This document shows positions 59,909 to 64,000 of a stretch of DNA of 64,000 nt, in pieces. Source of the stretch: the human T2T-CHM13v2.0 reference genome, Homo sapiens. The DNA lies in assembly GCF_009914755.1 (NCBI RefSeq), contig NC_060930.1, one strand, 5' to 3'. Each line of letters opens with the position of its first letter. The stretch's first letter is position 1. The notes under the pieces were generated by a model, which worked only from the letters and a program-made list of their open reading frames with translations, was not told the DNA's origin and did not search any database. A program made the position numbers and the translations under genes.

Positions 59909-62148
59909 AACATCTCTGTTTCCTTCCCCTTTCTGTTGTTGCTCCTTCCTCCTCCCACTCCAACTACCACACAAATCCTGACAGGAGCCTTTCTGCCCCT
60001 CTAGGGAAGGGGCCCGTGTGAGGAACTCTTACTGGACGCCCCCTTCCCTGTTGCTGTGCTGATCTTACACATCAGTTTCCACGGATCCCATGTGAATCAG
60101 TTGTCTTCCTCATTTACTCTGAGCAAGGGTGGCAGCAGCAATAGCAGAAGACGTAGATGCAGTGACTCATTTTGCATGATGTCTGCAAGAGAGCCGGGCC
60201 TCCCGTGTGCTGTGGCTCTCGTTCAGGCATTGCTTCAGAAACTTGATTCTTCTGGAATTGTGCATAAGAGGGCCTTTTAGAAAAAAAAAAAAAAAAAAGC
60301 TGGAAGAGTTCCCCTTCCTGAGCTTCAGTGGAAGCAACAGGAGGGTGGGCCACGTCCAGGACAGTGGGAGAGCAAGGATGGACCCTCTGTGTCCACCTCC
60401 AGTGTGTGGCACTGTTTTCCATCTCATCTTGGACATATCATGGGGCTACAGCATGCCTCAGAAGCCTGCCAGAACCTAGTGATGGTTTCCAGCATCTGGG
60501 TTTGGGGAGGACTGTGGTGATGCGCTAGGGATAGCCATCTGGAAGGGGTGGGGCAGAGACAGCAGGAGCCGTAGTCGTCTCAGGAGCCTACTCTGATTAG
60601 CTTATAAGTTGGCCTCTTTTCATGATTTCTGGGTCATTGGTGAGTGGATAGGAGTTATAGGATCCTTTGTGGGTGAGTAGAAGATACTGTGGCAGATAGG
60701 TTTTACTGAACCCACCTGCACATGTAAATCTTTCCTTTTTAATGTGTCACCTCTTCAGTTTGGGTGGAGAAGCTTGCCACCCCCAGGTTCATCCCTAAGC
60801 ATTGTGGTAGGCTCAGGACTAACAGACACTAGCTCAGCCCCATTGAGGGCCCCCAGGCTAGGCTTCAGCTTTGGGAAAGCTTGTTTTCTCCTTGGGCAGG
60901 CCTTGTCAGACGTTTTGCTCCTGGGTGTTTGATGTTTTGATGTCTGTACTATACAAAGCCACATGGGAAGGCAAAGGAATACACCCCTTTGTATAAATGA
61001 CAGTCATAACAAATGAAGTATATACCAGTTTGTGCTGTCTGTCAAGGAGTAATTCATCTCAGCTAGTAAAATAAAGGGGAAGGGAAGGAAATTCAGGTCT
61101 TTAGCTATGCATTCATAAACTGGACTTAAGAAGAGCCTTCCTCCTCTTATAATGCTAACTGCTCTTAATATTTCCTTCTTAATGAACAGTTGATATAAGA
61201 GTTTTCTCCTTTCATCTAAGAAATACAGAACAATCTGCAAGTTTTCTTAGTTATTTGTTAAATGGACTTCGAAATGATTGAGAAATTCGTATTTCTCAGC
61301 GAAAATAAGTATTAAGTTAATGGACAAGTAGCAGTCCTTGTTGCCACCAAGATTTTGCATCTGAATTGTATATATAAACTGTGTCAGGAATATCATAAAA
61401 TCATGTTGAGGCTGCAGGGACAAGGAAATTTCATCTCATGAATCTGTTTGATGTTTTCGGGATGTCCTGAGAGAAAAATTCTTTGACCTGCCTAGTGAGC
61501 AAGGTCTAAGTTTGTACACCCAGGTCACATTGTACCCTGGGCTTTCCAAAGATTTATCCTGCATCTGAGCCAAAGGCTTTTGAAGCCTGTGGTTGCTGGA
61601 ATTTTAGGGTGTATCTCTTTGCTTCTTCAGATGAGACATTTCTTAAGGTAGAATAATGGTTAAAAAAAAAAAAACCTCTCAGTTTACTCTAGAAAGATAC
61701 AGCATTTTTGGTACAAATCCAAGGAAGTCCAAAGAGGATCAGGTTTTATAATTATATTTTAATATGTGAAAGGAGAAACCTGTTTTATCAGGCCAGTAGG
61801 TTTTTTGCTTAATAAATAGTGGCAAGAAGAAAGCTATGGGCCCAGCTGGAATGGGTGCAGTTTTTAGAAAAGATTATTTGTAGTTGTTGGGCACATCCTT
61901 GCATGTGGACTTTGAAATAAGAAATTAAATCACCACCTTATTTTTGCAGGAAATAATCCAAATATAAAAAGTTAAAGTTCGTATTGTACTTTGGTGAAGC
62001 TTTAGATATATTTTATATTTCTTAAAATAAACTTTTTTTCTATGCATAAAAGTGGAGGTCAGATGAATTACAAGTGCATTCTTAACTGAGTGGAAATGGG
62101 TGCTGGTGTTTCATATATACATATAAATTTTTTTTGCAGTTGTTTAAC

Positions 62149-62430
62149 TTTTTTTTTATAAAGAGTCTTGCTCTGTTGCCCAGGTTGGAGTGTAGTGGCA
62201 CAAGCATAGCTTACTGCAACTGTGAACTTTACCTGAGCCTCTGGAGTAGCTGGAATTGGAGATACAAGCCACCACGCTCAGTGTTTTTTGTTTTGTTTTG
62301 TTTTGTTTTTTAAAGAGATGGGATATTGCTTTGTTTCCCAGGCTGGTCTTGAATTCATGGGCTCAAATGATCCTCTTGTCTCAGCCTCCCAAGCAGCCGG
62401 AATTATAGGTGCAAGCCACTGCACCTGGCT
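62149..62430 (-). mobile_element. AluJ with (TTTTG)n in linker and internal deletion
   Basis: agagtcttgctctgttgcccagg..gcatagcttactgca..gggctcaaatgatcctc..gccactgcacctggct. Confidence 0.85.
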
Positions 62431-63077
62431 GCTTGACATTTTTATAGACTCATACTAAAAAGTTTATTCATTGAATGAGTACTGTGTGCATAGGGTTAAA
62501 TTTATCTGACGTTTGTTATAATTTAAACAGGAGTGTTGATAAAACTGTGTAAAATGAATTAGCATATACTTGCCATTATGTTTTTATCTTAATAATTGTT
62601 ATGTAGTTTCTATGAAAAGTTCAGTTACTTAACATTTCCATGCTTTTTTGTGTTTGCTTTATTTAACCTTAAAAGAGTGATTGAAGTAATAGTTTTGTTA
62701 GGTCATTAGATTGGTGATCTCCCCTTTTGTATAGTCAAATTTAATTTCATTGTTTAAGATTGAAAACTAGTGCAAATTCTAGTTTGATCACAGGACCACA
62801 GTTAAAGGTGCATTCACATATCTCATATAAGATACCTATTTTCACTGTATTAATCATTTGCATTAATCAATAAATTTTAACTTTTAAAAGATTTGATGGT
62901 TAAAAAGATGATGGAAGGAATTATTTCTCTAAAACTAAGGAAATCCTTGCTCTGGGAAGCTGTGTTGAGAAGAGTTCTAAGCTCTGCTGCCTGTGTCAGT
63001 GTTCTCTGGAAAGACCTCTCTTGGAAGGATGCTGTGATGTGGAGTCAGGAGGTCAGGACCCAGCCCTACCCTCCCTA

Positions 63078-63236
63078 CCACCTGCCAGCTGTGTGGCCTT
63101 GAGTGAGCCAACAACTTTGCCAGGAGTCATTTGCCTTATCTTTAAAATAAAAGATCACTACCATGTCCTGGGTTGTTTAAGTGAGATTATGTAGTATTAG
63201 TAGGGTGCCTCCCACCACAGGTCCTCAGTACATTGA
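63078..63236 (+). mobile_element. MIR relic
   Basis: ccagctgtgtggccttgagtgagcca..tttgccttatctttaaaat..gggttgttt..gtcctcagtaca. Confidence 0.65.
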
Positions 63237-64000
63237 GGTTTCTTTCCCTGCCTCCTGCCTCCTTGCAAGGAAAGCCAGAGCACTTTGACTTAGAATTGTG
63301 TCTGAATTCAGCTGGTGTGTTGCATAAGCTTGGTTATCTGCTTTTCCTCTCAGTTCTTCCTAGGTAGAGGTGAGGGTGAGCGGGGGAGCTTCATGCAGAG
63401 GAAATAGTCTGAGGCTATTTAGTGTAGAAGCATACTTCAGTGTGATCCTGGGATGTCTAGAAAAGGCTAGATTATGTCCAGTATACACTTTTTAAACAGC
63501 TACCATTTTAATGTTTTGGTACTGGGAAATGTGTTAGTTGAAAATTTCACTTACGAGTAATCCTTTTATTTCTCTATGGTAACAAGACAGGTAAGGCATA
63601 TCAGTTGGCCCAGACTCATTGGTCCTCAATGACTGACTGCCGGACTCAGAGTTGAGGGTCTGATCTCAGAGGACGCAGGTTGTGTTGCCAGCCCAGATAC
63701 CTATGACACCCTTTCCTAGCAAGTGGACGCTGTTTTCTGAAATATCTGTCACTACCTTGAGGCAATCCTCATTATTTTAATCTTTATTCTTAGGCTAATG
63801 TCTTGAGCCATGTATCAGAGAGAGACAGGCAGGTTGTTGATTTTTGAGATGAAGAACAACTATCTGGCCAGGGAGAGAAAGAGAAAATCGGCTTATAAGT
63901 TAGAATGGTACAGAGTGCTCTGCCTTCTCAGATTATTTTGTTTCCAAGAATCACTGATTATATAGCTTTTTTTTTTTAAGTTTAAGCCCATACCCATTCT

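Overview
Human (primate) genomic DNA with no intact protein-coding exon, RNA gene or CRISPR array. I recognise it as part of the ~100 kb intron of FOXO3 (chr6q21; 'intron 2' in the longevity literature), transcribed on the + strand and starting just downstream of the promoter/first coding exon CpG island. The identification rests on recalled SNP flanks: TGCTCACAAGAGCTCAGGGCTGGGA[G]AAGCCTCTGTGTGACAG (rs2802292, G at 24662) and TACCAGGGTAATGGTGGTCTTATAA[C]ATGAGTTGG (rs2764264, C at 50606). Both are from memory and need BLAT confirmation. The window holds about 25 Alu copies or fragments (including a young AluYb8-type insertion with a perfect 16-bp TSD), MIR/L2 relics, an MLT1 LTR and MER5/Tigger4/MER20 DNA-transposon fossils. 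It also holds a decayed antisense L1 of ~8 kb with nested Alus, a second L1 fragment and a full-length processed SUMO2 pseudogene. Most ORFs in the supplied track are Alu-derived, L1-derived or chance ORFs. I found no convincing previously undescribed biological system. The best leads are modest and testable: a human-specific Alu and a (TAT)16 STR beside the longevity SNPs, a double Alu sharing a single TSD, repeated same-site Alu insertions, recursive-splice-like motifs, GRE-containing candidate enhancers and the antisense SUMO2 retrocopy. Repeat subfamily calls and boundaries were made by eye and are approximate.
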